Assembly: GCA_964016885.1 (NCBI GenBank)
Contig: OZ024759.1
Span: 23,808,001-23,872,000, forward strand
Source: Eledone cirrhosa
Lineage: Eukaryota
Length of the DNA: 64,000 nucleotides
Reading direction: 5' to 3'
Shown: piece after piece, positions 14,755-27,525 of the stretch
Numbering within the stretch: the first letter of the stretch is position 1
Layout of the letters: each line of letters begins with the position of its first letter
The notes under the pieces: model-generated
The model's database searches: none
Told to the model about the DNA's origin: nothing
Seen by the model: the letters and a program-made list of their open reading frames with translations, nothing else
Translations under genes and position numbers: made by a program

Positions 14755-15097
14755 CACTATTACTATCACCACCACCATCACTACCATCTCCACCTTTTTT
14801 TGTCACCACCTCCACCATACCGCCACCTCAATAACCATCACCACCACCTCCATAACCATCACCACCACCTCCATCCCCACCACCTCCATAACCATCACCA
14901 CCACCTCCATAACCACCACCACCACAACCATCACCACCACAACCATCACCACCACAACCATCACCACCACCTCCATAACCATCACCACCACCTCCATAAC
15001 CATCCCCACCACCTCCATAACCATCACCACCACCTCCATAACCATCACCACCACCACCTCAATCACCACCACCACCTCCACCTCCACCATCACCACC
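14755..15097. repeat. CAC-rich low-complexity 21-bp repeat
   Basis: CTCCATAACCATCACCACCAC units. Confidence 0.85.
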
Positions 15098-15459
15098 GAT
15101 TATAGCAACTGTGTCAGTGGTAACCATAGTAACCATTTAACATTTTCATTATCATTCTTGTTGTAAGAACCAGTTTCTACTAAAAATGATATACAGACAT
15201 TGGTAACATATAATATATAGAATTAAATATAAGCAATGTAGGAGTATCTCTCCCTCTCCTCACTCTCCTTCTCTCCCCCAGCCCCTCTCCCTCTCCCCTC
15301 AGGCCTCTCTCCCTCTCCCCCAACCCCCTCTCCCCTCATATGTATATATCATCATAAATATCGTTTTAACAGCCCTTTTTACATGCTAGCCTGGGTTAGA
15401 TGAGTTGTCCAGTTAGGAGACAAGCCAGACCAGATAACCATGTCTTGCTCATAAGGAAC

Positions 15460-16271
15460 TGATTCTTCCTTGGTTTCTATGGCTGGATGCTCTTCCTAAC
15501 ACCAAATTGATTTTGGCTTGGTTTCTATGGCTGGATGCTCTTCCTAACACCAAATTGATTTTGGCTTGGTTTCTATGGCTGGATGCTCTTCCTAACACCA
15601 AATTGATTTTGGCTTGGTTTCTATGGCTGGATGCTCTTTCTAACACCAAATTGATTTGGGCTTGGTTTCTATGGCTGGATGCTCTTCCTAACACCAAATT
15701 GATTTGGGCTTGGTTTCTATGGCTGGATGCTCTTCCTAACACCAAATTGATTTTGGCTTGGTTTCTATGGCTGGATGCTCTTTCTAACACCAAATTGATT
15801 TTGGCTTGGTTTCTATGGCTGGATGCTCTTCCTAACACCAAATTGATTTGGGCTTGGTTTCTATGGCTGGATGCTCTTCCTAACACCAAATTGATTTTGG
15901 CTTGGTTTCTATGGCTGGATGCTCTTCCTAACACCAAATTGATTTTGGCTTGGTTTCTATGGCTGGATGCTCTTCCTAACACCAAATTGATTTTGGCTTG
16001 GTTTCTATGGCTGGATGCTCTTTCTAACACCAAATTGATTTTGGCCTGGTTTCTATGGCTGGATGCTCTTCCTAACACCAAATTGATTTTGGCTTGGTTT
16101 CTATGGCTGGATGCTCTTCCTAACACCAAATTGATTTTGGCTTGGTTTCTATGGCTGAATGCCTTTCCTAACACCAAATTGATTTTGGCTTGGTTTCTAT
16201 GGCTGGATGCTCTTCCTAACACCAAATTGATTTTGGCTTGGTTTCTATGGCTGAATGCCTTTCCTAACACC
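15460..16271. repeat. 51-bp minisatellite, about 16 copies, SINE-derived
   Basis: TTGATTTTGGCTTGGTTTCTATGGCTGGATGCTCTTCCTAACACCAAA units. Confidence 0.95.
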
Positions 16272-19200
16272 ACCCACATTTACAGTGTGGACTAGTATAT
16301 AAATATGTATATAAGCATCATCATATCACCGTTCAATGGCTATTTTTCCACACTAGCATGGGTTATGGGTTAGATGAGTTGTCCTGTTGTGAGACAAGCC
16401 ATATCAGATTACCATGTCTTGCTCATAGAATTGATTTAGGCTTCGTTTCTACAGTTGGATGCCCTTCCCTACGCCAACCAAATTTACTGAGTTGACTGGG
16501 TGCATTTTATTGTGACACCTACATGAACACTTTACAGTGTGGACTGGGCATGTTTTGCTCTGATATGTACAAGACCTCCTCTTCTCACCAACCAGCCAGC
16601 CCAAGAACTTATAGGAGTGTGGGAATATAAGGGCGATGCAGGCCTTCTCTTCCCACCAACCAGCCAGCCTAAGCACTTGGCAGTGTGTGGGAATATAAGT
16701 GAGATGCCCCCCCCCCCCCCACACACACACAGACAGACACACAGATACATACATTCCTATTTCATCTGAGAGGTCAGTAGCTCTTCTTGAGTACTGACTC
16801 AGCTTGTAACAACCCAACCTGACCACCGGAGGAAAAACATGTTAAATAACAATGATGATAATGATTTCTGATCTAGGCACAAGGCCAGCACTTTTGAGGA
16901 GAGGAGAAAGTCGATTAAATTGACCCCCAATGCATTACTGGTACATTATTTCATTGACCCTCTGAGGATGAAAGGCAAAGCTAACCTCAGTGGGATTTGA
17001 ACTCAGAATGTAAAAGGACGTAACTATATGACAATGATGATAATGGTGACATGTTGTGTATCACTACAACACTCTTATGACTCCATCAGGAGTTATGGGG
17101 GGGGGGTCAATCCATCCATGCATTCCTACATACATACATGGTTGGGTTTATGGAATATGAGTCAGGAATTATGGATGATGTCTTGGATAAGTATAGACAG
17201 TTTGTAATTAGTTTTGTTTTAATGACTGTATTAATTACAAGTATGGCATTCGATGGACTTATTCTCTGGCTGTTTTGTCTATTATTGGATTTGTTTTTGG
17301 AGTGAATTATTTATATATAGAGACATCCAGTGATTACTTTGTATTTGTTCTAGGTGTATCTATGTTCAGATTTAGTTGTTTGAGAGTCCTATTTGCTTAT
17401 TTACATACATTCATATTATATTATAGAGGTTTAGATCGATAGCCATTGATTTCAAACCCGTTGTTTACAATTTGCTCAACAAATCCATTTGGAGCACACA
17501 CATAGGATCATTTGTAAAGAACATTCCCAGCCAGATGCCTAAGCCATAAATTTAGAGAGAAATTAATGTTTCAACAGCTCCACATATAAAAACATTAAGT
17601 ACTCACAATTTCATCATTGGAAACGGCCAGGATACAAACATCCACATAGATAGATAGATAGATAGATACATAACACACATATACACACACACAACTATAA
17701 TATAGGTTTAAGCCTTTAGCATTTACATTACTCCATATATTTACTATTATATTTTCACGGTAAAGATTTTATCTTACATAATTATCTCACATAATATCGA
17801 ATCTATGAGATTTTGATATTATTTATTTTGAAAACAATACCTTGACATCAGTATGAGTGGCTAGAGGCATTTTGAACAGAAAAGGTTAAGGAAATTCAGC
17901 TGGTATTTTTAGCAGAATGAGCAGCCATGTAGAGGTTACTTTGTTCTCTCATTATGTGTGGCTTTACCTGTTATTCAAGTTCCACTTGTTAACTTATACA
18001 AAAGCTAGGAATTTAATTGTTGTTTTCCAGGTATTGAACAATTATGTATTCCTTTGTTATACAATTCAGTCTTCATTTACCCACCTGTAGTTGAATGGAC
18101 TAGTCTATTTATAATAATAAACTAGTTGACCAATGCGATCATTAAATATATTTCAATTTTGGAGTCCAGGATTGGTATGCCATATATACAAGTTTTACTA
18201 AGCAGCAAATTGACAGTCATTAGAATGTTGGATAGAATGCTTTGCTGTATTTGTTCTGAGTTCAAATCCTGCCAAAGTCAACTTTTCTTTTCAACCATTC
18301 CAGCTTGATAAAAAAAAAGTACCAGTCAAGTACTGGTGTAGATTTTTCTTCTATATCTCTTTCTCACTTCCATTCTCTTATTCATTTTATCCTTCTCTAG
18401 AAGATATCTGCTGTATTCAGATCTAGAGAGGAGATGGGCTCCACCAGGTTTTAAAATGCCCTAGAAACCTATGTCAATACAGTGTCTCTATGACTCCAGC
18501 AAAAGTTACAGGACCATGCCATGCATATACATGTTTTGCTGGGTACATTAAAAATTATATAAATTGGGATATTTTTGCATTTTGATAAATTTCTGGTTTG
18601 CATAAGATAAACCCTATAGTTTATTCTTAGGAAATGTAGGAATCTCAAACGCAGAAAATTACTGTAACCACAGTCGATTGCTAAATGTTATAGCTTAGAA
18701 ATCAGGTATAAACCCTTATAAATGGAAAAAAGGGACCAGCAACCACAACAAAGGTCAGCTTTTCCTTTCATCCTTTTGAGGTCAATAAATAGAATACCAG
18801 TGTAGTTCTGGGAGTCAATTCTTCCTCTATATCTCTCTCTCTTTGTCTCTCACCCTTTTTTCATTTGAAGGAGTGGGATCTGCCTGACTTAAAATCCCCA
18901 AGGCATGTTACCAATAGCTGTCAGGAGTTTCCTGACCACAAACTGCTTATCTGGTCACCAGATGCAAAGCGCTGAGTGGGGTATCCAAACATAACCATGA
19001 GGACTCTGTTGGTGAAGGACTCTGGCTTCACTTGTTAGGATCTTCTTGCTGTGATGAGAGATCAGGAAGTCTGCTCTGATCAACAGATGCAAAGTGCCGA
19101 GAGGGGTGTCCAAACAACCATCAGAACTCTGTTGGCGAGGGACACTGGCTTCATGGATTTGATCTTTTTGCTGTGATGAGAGATCGGGAAGTCTGTTCTG

Positions 19201-19360
19201 GTCACCAGATGTGAAGTGGTGACCAGATACTATCAAGCAGTCACAACTCCTGGCAAATGGAGCAACATGCTCAAGGAACATCTTGCTCAAGGACACAGCG
19301 CATTGCCCAGTCTGGGAATTGAACTCGCAACCTCATGATTGTGAATCCTACTCTCTAACC

Positions 19361-19843
19361 CAGCAGTTTTCAAATAGTGTTCCCTGGTATCCTAGAATTC
19401 CACTAGAGGTCGCTAGGGGTTCTGCAAGAAACAGTGATAAATAAACTAATGCATTCAGATATTAATAATGATCATGACCATCATCATCAGTATTTAACGT
19501 CTGTTTTTCCATGCTAGCATGGGTTAGACAAGTTGTCCCATTCTGATACAAGCCAAATCAGCTAACCATGTCTTGCTCATACAGAACTCTTTCTGGCTTG
19601 GTTTCTACAGCTGGATGCCCTTCCTAATGACAACCATGCTTACAGTGTGGACTGGGCTCTTTTTGTTGTGACAGCTACATGACCAGCTTACAGTGTGGAC
19701 AGGCGCTTTTTGTTGTGACACACACACCTACAAGACCACTTTACAGTGTGGACTGGGCCTTTTTGTCGTGACAGCAGGGGTTCCCTGAGACATGAAAACT
19801 ATTTCAAGGATTCCACAAGGGATAAAAAGGTTGAGAAACACTG
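19361..19843. mobile_element. hAT (Charlie-like) MITE with an internal SINE-like insertion
   Basis: Termini CAGCAGTTTTCAA / TTGAGAAACACTG; 8-bp TSD CTCTAACC / CTCTAATC. Confidence 0.7.
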
Positions 19844-19960
19844 CTCTAATCATAGAGCCATGCACCAACACTTAATATAAATAAGAACCCTTTAAAATGG
19901 GTGGTTTTGTTTCATAGAAGTCAGAGGTAGTTTTAGGTAGGTTGGTATCAAAAATGTTAA

Positions 19961-20158
19961 CCCTTTAGCATTTATAATAGTCTATATATAGAACTGTATT
20001 TTTGCAGTAAAAGCTTTATCTCACATAATATCAAATTTGATATTATTTATTTTGTGAACAATACCTTAACATCAGTGCAAGGTACCGGTTACGGCTAGTT
20101 CGAACAGGAAGAGGTGAGAGAATTCTGGCTGGATACAGCAGGTTTAAATGCTAATGTG
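19961..20158. mobile_element. piggyBac-like MITE
   Basis: TTAA-CCCTTTAGCATTT...AAATGCTAATGTG-TTAA. Confidence 0.7.
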
Positions 20159-20510
20159 TTAATGTACAAGCTATAGTAGAACAGCCGTGTCTATTTATAA
20201 TAGAGTATAATAATAATATAGCTAAAAGGTATTTCAGCCAAATGTAACACACCAGTTCTAGCTGACTGAACTAATCTATTTTTATATAATATATTAATTT
20301 TGTATTGTATGGACACTTGTTTCATGCCTCTCTCACTCTTTGGTTCTCTCTCTCTCTTTCTATGTATGTATGTATGTGTGTGTGTGTATGTATGTATGTA
20401 TGTATTTTTTTTTTCTTTTTATTTATTTATTATTATTATTTTTTTTTTTTTTTTCTCTCGTGCAATGGCCATACTCGATAACGAGGGGGCAGCCATCATG
20501 TATGTATGTA

Positions 20511-20800
20511 TCATCTTGGTTAAGAGAGTGGGACTGGCTTTGTGCAGGGCCTTTGCTCACTATAAAAGCTTCACGGCACAGGCATTGCTTTATATCTGGA
20601 GATCTCTCTGCACTTGTCGTCACATGGTACCATGGGCCCAGCACTATGTGTCAATAATTGTCACAAGTGTAGTGTTTGTACCAGAGTTTTCAAGTCGCTG
20701 GCTGGACTAAAAAGTCACACTCGTTCAGCGCATCGGTAGGGGTTCTCCTACATGGATATAAAGTAGTGGCCGTACTCGAAAACGAGTTGGCAGCCACCAT
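20511..20800 (+). mobile_element. Dispersed ~290-bp repeat with (ATGT)n tail, probable LINE 3' end
   Basis: Near-identical inverted copy at 53985-54275; ends TGGCCGTACTCGAAAACGAGTTGGCAGCCACC then (ATGT)n. Confidence 0.7.
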
Positions 20801-21184
20801 GTATGTATGTATGTATGTATGTATGTATGTATGTATGTATGTACACACACACATCCTACTGGAGTCCATCCCTTCTCCAGGTCTGAATACAGACAATTTC
20901 TTCCAGAGAAGGAGAGAGCAATGGTGAGAAGGAGATATAGAAGAAGAAATGACTCCAGTATTGGATTGATACTTTCTTTAACGACATTGTAAGGATGAAA
21001 GGCAATGTTGACCTTGGCGAGATTTGAATAATTTGAGTGAGTGCAGAAAACTCAAACAAATACCACAAAGCATTGTTTCTGTCATTCTAATGACTCAGCC
21101 AATTCGCCTATATATATATATGGGTGTGTGTTTGTGTGCATGTGTATATGTGTATATATATGTATATATATCATCATCATCATC

Positions 21185-21509
21185 ATCATTTCATTTTACG
21201 TCCGCTTTTTCCCTGCTTGCAAGGGTGGGACGGGAACTGATTCTGGCTTGATTTCTACAGCTGGATGCCCTTCCTAACACCAACCTCATTTACAGTGAAT
21301 GCTGGGTGCTTTTTTGCCGTGGCACCTCCACGACCACTTTACAGTGGAATGATAGGGACCCCAGTCCCTATCATCTCATTTCTACAGCTGAGTAAACTGG
21401 AGCAATGTGAAATAAAGTGTCTTGCTCAAGGAAACAACACATCACCCGGTCTGAGAATTGAACTCACAACCTTTCGATTGCAAGGCCAATGCTTTAACCA
21501 CTAAGCCAT
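21185..21509 (-). mobile_element. tRNA-derived SINE (family 1)
   Basis: Near-identical to 6380-6712. Confidence 0.8.
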
Positions 21510-21674
21510 AGATATATATATATGCACGGGTGTGTATGATTGTGTATAGAAGATTATATTAATAAGAGGAATTCCAACTTTGTCTGATTTACTCATTTTA
21601 TTTACAATCCTTTAAAATTTATAATGGTATTATAATGAAATAGTATGATAGAATATTAAATGTTAAGTGTTAAT

Positions 21675-21713
21675 TGAACAAGTACTTTCATGCTTTCGCA
21701 ATCTTCAGGTTCA
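21675..21713 (-). ncRNA. Minimal hammerhead ribozyme variant
   Basis: Minus strand UGAAC-CUGAAGA-u-ugc(gaaa)gca-u-GAAA-GUAC-UU-GUUCA; palindromic AAGUACUU in place of helix III; about 160 bp from a Penelope-like RT fragment. Confidence 0.55.
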
Positions 21714-21871
21714 TAATGTGTGGTGACAGTCAAGTTTGCAATGTTCAACATATATACATACATACACACATATATATATATATGATATCAAGCGTTATAC
21801 ATATATTCATTGTACTGTGTCATTTGCTTTGTTCTATCTGTTTACTTTTTGCATATATATATATATATATG

Positions 21872-22238
21872 CAATTTGATATTGTTGATTTTTACCCCTC
21901 TATTACTGTTTCCTTATTAACTAAAGCCTTAGATTTTGCAAGACCTTTCATTAATATTTCTAAATTAGAAGAAGACATTATCTTTCATGCTAGGAAAACT
22001 CTACTCTTTACTAATGAAAGTATTTAGGTTAAAAAGTCAAGCCCGGAAAACTCTTTTGATATTGCAATGGGTTCATATGACAGTGCAGATGTGTGTGACT
22101 TAGTAGGATTATTCCTTCTCCACACCCTTAAAGAGAGATTTCCTTCCCATAATATCGGTTTATACCATGACGACGGATTGGCAGTTTCTCATACCACCAA
22201 TGGCCATAACCTTGATAAATTTCGTAAAGATTTAATCA
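21872..22238 (+). pseudogene. Penelope-like element reverse transcriptase fragment
   Basis: FDIVDFYPSI...IIFHARKTLLF...*...FDIAMGSYDSADVCDLVGLFLL...IGLYHDDGL; RT motifs in one frame with an internal TAG at 22025-22027. Confidence 0.85.
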
Positions 22239-22843
22239 ATGGTTGTTAGACACTGTACGGCTTAATTCGGGATGTTTGTTTACAAACACACCGAGCATTA
22301 TAATAAATGTTCGGTGAATCCATACATACATACATATATATATGTGTGCATGTATGTATGTATGTATACATACTACTGTACGTCTCTATACATATATGTA
22401 TGTACGTATACGTACTTATATTTAAGTAACAGCCGTACTAAGAGTGAGAAATGAAATTTCGTTTCATTTTTTCCGTTTATCGTTTTCTGTGCGCTTGGCC
22501 GATTAACTCACTCGATATGCAAATTAGGCTGCTCAGCTGTTAATATGCATAAGGAGAGTATATACTTTCAGACGTTCAATCATCTGGCAGGAAGGTATAC
22601 GTTGCCGACGATAGCTAATAAGCTTGAAACTAGTACAGCGTTCCTTTGTCAGTGTTGAACAAAAGGGCAACGATGGTTGCTAGACACTGTACGGCTTAAT
22701 TCGGGATGTTTGTTTACAAACACACCGAGCATTATAATAAATGTTCGGTGAATCCATACGTACATATATATATATATGTGTGTGCATGTATGTATATATA
22801 TGTATACATACTACTGTACGTCTGTATACATATATGTATGTAC

Positions 22844-22845
<2 letters not shown>
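22239..22845 (+). mobile_element. Partial-tandem pLTR-like unit fused to the RT fragment
   Basis: Direct repeat starting ATGGTTG(T/C)TAGACACTGTACGG at 22239 and 22673 with a hammerhead-like motif between; ends in (TA)n. Confidence 0.6.
22599..22641 (+). ncRNA. Degenerate minimal hammerhead ribozyme
   Basis: ACGUUG-CCGACGA-u-agcu(aaua)agcu-u-GAAA-CUAG-UA-CAGCGU; U4C core change; lies between 434-bp-period direct repeats. Confidence 0.5.
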
Positions 22846-22887
<42 letters not shown>

Positions 22888-23214
22888 ATAATAATAAATT
22901 TGTAGACTAAAATCCAAAGAGGGCTCGATAAGGATAAATATATATCAAATATTATCAAACATATAAGAACCGTAGAGCAAATTAATCTGTTATTTTAATA
23001 AATATATACATATATATCCCCCCCCCCCTCCCACGTTCTCCCCCACCCCTCTCTCTGCTTATCATCTGTCTCATGTACTGACTCTTTAGCTAAACAATAG
23101 CTGTAGTTATTGTACTTAATGAACAAGTTTGATTACATATTGTATATTCATTGTCAGTTTACCCCAGAGGGACTGAGGCTAGTAGGGTTGTAATGAAAAG
23201 GACAAGCAACTTAC

Positions 23215-24065
23215 CACCACCACCATAACAACAACCATTAACACCACTAGAACTCCCATTATCACCACTACTATAACCACCAAGACAACCAACAAAACTA
23301 TCACCACCACAATCAACCCCATCACCATAACAATAACCACCAGCAGCACCACCACCATAACAGCAGCACCACCATAACAGCAGCACCACCATAACAACAA
23401 CCACTACAACCACAATCACAATCACCAACACCAGTCCCATCACCATAACAATAACCACAACCACCACAACCACCACCATAACAATAACCTCAACCACTAC
23501 AACCACCATCACCAACACCACTCCCACCACCATAACAATAACCACAACCACCACAATAACAATAACCTCAACCACTACAACCACCATCACCAACACCACT
23601 CCCACCACCATAACAATAACTACAGCCACCGCCATGAGAACTACTTTCCTAAGAATAGCTACCACTAGCGCCGCCACCATTATTACCATAACAACCACCA
23701 CCATTATTACCATAACAACCACCACCACCACTAACAGAGTATCACCATTAACAACCTCACACAACTAGAACTATCCCTCCACCAACACCACCACCATCAC
23801 CATCACCAACCTTACCACCTGCACAGCTAGAACTAATCTACCACCACCACCACCACCACCATCACCAACCTTACCACCTGCACAAGTAGAACTAATCTTC
23901 CACTACCACCAACAACACAAACACCACCACCACCACCATCACTGCCAACACCACAACCAACTGCATGACTAGAACTAATCCACCACCACCTGCACAACTA
24001 GAACTAATCCTCCAGCACCACCACCAACAACACAAACACCACCCTCACCACCAACACATATCACC
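23215..24065. repeat. ACC/AAC-rich low-complexity region
   Basis: Degenerate trinucleotide and short tandem units. Confidence 0.8.
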
Positions 24066-24159
24066 ATGTCATTGTTTTAATCATGGCCAAGTCCACAATA
24101 CAACTTGCATCACATCAAGGTTGGTGAGGCCTTTTGAGGCAATATTTTACATCCAGATG

Positions 24160-27100
24160 CCCTTCCTGGTGCCAATTATTTTAGTTGCTTCTTACAACAC
24201 ACAGGGATACGATGTACTTTTTCTCTCCTGGTGCCAATTATTTTAGTTGCCTCTTACAACACACAGGGATACGATGTACTTTTTCTCTCCTGGTGCCAAT
24301 TATTTTAGTTGCCTCTTACAACACACAGGGATACGATGTACTTTTTCTCTCCTCCTGGTGCCAATTATTTTAGTTGCCTCTTACAACACACAGGGATACG
24401 ATGTACTTTTTCTCTCCTCCTGGTGCCAATTATTTTAGTTGCCTCTTACAACACACAGGGATACGATGTACTTTTTCTCTCCTGCTGCCAATTATTTTAG
24501 TTGCCTCTTACAACACACAGGGATACGATGTACTTTTTCTCTCCTCCTGGTGCCAATTATTTTAGTTGCCTCTTACAACACACAGGGATACGATGTACTT
24601 TTTCTCTCCTCCTGGTGCCAATTATTTTAGTTGCCTCTTACAACACACAGGGATACGATGTACTTTTTCTCTCCTGCTGCCAATTATTTTAGTTGCCTCT
24701 TACAACACACAGGGATACGATGTACTTTTTCTCTCCTGGTGCCAATTATTTTAGTTGCCTCTTACAACACACAGGGATACGATGTACTTTTTCTCTCCTC
24801 CTGGTGCCAATTATTTTAGTTGCCTCTTACAACACACAGGGATACGATGTACTTTTTCTCTCCTGCTGCCAATTATTTTAGTTGCCTCTTACAACACACA
24901 GGGATACGATGTACTTTTTCTCTCCTGGTGCCAATTATTTTAGTTGCCTCTTACAACACACAGGGATACGATGTACTTTTTCTCTCCTCCTGGTGCCAAT
25001 TATTTTAGTTGCCTCTTACAACACACAGGGATACGATGTACTTTTTCTCTCCTCCTGGTGCCAATTATTTTAGTTGCCTCTTACAACACACAGGGATACG
25101 ATGTACTTTTTCTCTCCTCCTGGTGCCAATTATTTTAGTTGCCTCTTACAACACACAGGGATACGATGTACTTTTTCTCTCCTGGTGCCAATTATTTTAG
25201 TTGCCTCTTACAACACACAGGGATACGATGTACTTTTTCTCTCCTCCTGGTGCCAATTATTTTAGTTGCCTCTTACAACACACAGGGATACGATGTACTT
25301 TTTCTCTCCTGGTGCCAATTATTTTAGTTGCCTCTTACAACACACAGGGATACGATGTACTTTTTCTCTCCTGGTGCCAATTATTTTAGTTGCTTCTTAC
25401 AACACACAGGGATACGATGTACTTTTTCTCTCCTCCTGGTGCCAATTATTTTAGTTGCCTCTTACAACACACAGGGATACGATGTACTTTTTCTCTCCTC
25501 CTGGTGCCAATTATTTTAGTTGCCTCTTACAACACACAGGGATACGATGTACTTTTTCTCTCCTGCTGGTGCCAATTATTTTAGTTGCCTCTTACAACAC
25601 ACAGGGATACGATGTACTTTTTCTCTCCTGGTGCCAATTATTTTAGTTGCCTCTTACAACACACAGGGATACGATGTACTTTTTCTCTCCTCCTGGTGAC
25701 AGTCCATTTAGTTGCCTCTTACAACACACAGGGATACGATGTACTTTTTCTCTCCTGGTGCCAATTATTTTAGTTGCCTCTTACAACACACAGGGATACG
25801 ATGTACTTTTTCTCTCCTGCTGGTGCCAATTATTTTAGTTGCCTCTTACAACACACAGGGATACGATGTACTTTTTCTCTCCTCCTGGTGCCAATTATTT
25901 TAGTTGCCTCTTACAACACACAGGGATACGATGTACTTTTTCTCTCCTCCTGGTGCCAATTATTTTAGTTGCCTCTTACAACACACAGGGATACGATGTA
26001 CTTTTTCTCTCCTCCTGGTGCCAATTATTTTAGTTGCCTCTTACAACACACAGGGATACGATGTACTTTTTCTCTCCTCCTGGTGACAGTCCATTTAGTT
26101 GCCTCTTACAACACACAGGGATACGATGTACTTTTTCTCTCCTGGTGCCAATTATTTTAGTTGCCTCTTACAACACACAGGGATACGATGTACTTTTTCT
26201 CTCCTGCTGGTGCCAATTATTTTAGTTGCCTCTTACAACACACAGGGATACGATGTACTTTTTCTCTCCTCCTGGTGCCAATTATTTTAGTTGCCTCTTA
26301 CAACACACAGGGATACGATGTACTTTTTCTCTCCTCCTGGTGACAGTCCATTTAGTTGCCTCTTACAACACACAGGGATACGATGTACTTTTTCTCTCCT
26401 GGTGCCAATTATTTTAGTTGCCTCTTACAACACACAGGGATACGATGTACTTTTTCTCTCCTGCTGGTGCCAATTATTTTAGTTGCCTCTTACAACACAC
26501 AGGGATACGATGTACTTTTTCTCTCCTCCTGGTGCCAATTATTTTAGTTGCCTCTTACAACACACAGGGATACGATGTACTTTTTCTCTCCTCCTGGTGA
26601 CAGTCCATTTAGTTGCCTCTTACAACACACAGGGATACGATGTACTTTTTCTCTCCTGGTGCCAATTATTTTAGTTGCCTCTTACAACACACAGGGATAC
26701 GATGTACTTTTTCTCTCCTGCTGGTGCCAATTATTTTAGTTGCCTCTTACAACACACAGGGATACGATGTACTTTTTCTCTCCTCCTGGTGCCAATTATT
26801 TTAGTTGCCTCTTACAACACACAGGGATACGATGTACTTTTTCTCTCCTCCTGGTGACAGTCCATTTAGTTGCCTCTTACAACACACAGGGATACGATGT
26901 ACTTTTTCTCTCCTGGTGCCAATTATTTTAGTTGCCTCTTACAACACACAGGGATACGATGTACTTTTTCTCTCCTGCTGGTGCCAATTATTTTAGTTGC
27001 CTCTTACAACACACAGGGATACGATGTACTTTTTCTCTCCTCCTGGTGCCAATTATTTTAGTTGCCTCTTACAACACACAGGGATACGATGTACTTTTTC

Positions 27101-27220
27101 TCTCCTCCTGGTGCCAATTATTTTAGTTGCCTCTTACAACACACAGGGATACGATGTACTTTTTCTGTCCTCCTGGTGACAGTCCATTTAGTTGTTTCTT
27201 ACAACACACAGGGATACGAT
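24160..27220. repeat. 62/65-bp minisatellite, about 48 copies; diverged copies continue at 27525-28010
   Basis: TTGCCTCTTACAACACACAGGGATACGATGTACTTTTTCTCTC(CTC)CTGGTGCCAATTATTTTAG. Confidence 0.95.
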
Positions 27221-27249
27221 TTAGCTAGTCTCTTTTTCTAATGCCTCTT

Positions 27250-27525
27250 CTTCTTCGCCCACTTATTCCTGAGAGGGTCATGGGGGGAAGAGTCCTCATA
27301 CACTCCCTTCAGCAGGTCCTGTCAGAAGCAACTGTCTCCAACTGATCCGGCTGGATCCCCAAGCGAAACCAGCCAAGCTCATGGATGTTATCCAACCATC
27401 TTGCTCGGGGTCTAGCCCTGGTTCTCCTACCTGTTGGTTTCACCCGTAAAATCTGTCCAGCCATTCTAACCACATGCCCATAGTAATGGCGCTGTGATCT
27501 CTCAATCCGGAGAAGTAGCGACTCT
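27250..27525 (-). mobile_element. RTE-clade LINE 3' fragment
   Basis: Minus strand encodes YYGHVVRM...GRRTRARPRARWLDNI, the typical RTE C-terminus. Confidence 0.7.

Noticed and set aside
15449-16295. 262-aa and 276-aa repeat ORFs
   Set aside because: A 51-bp SINE-derived unit that happens to be open
24160-27220. CRISPR-like array appearance, also for the 70-bp and 51-bp arrays
   Set aside because: Units are head-to-tail with no unique spacers, there are no cas genes, and the context is eukaryotic
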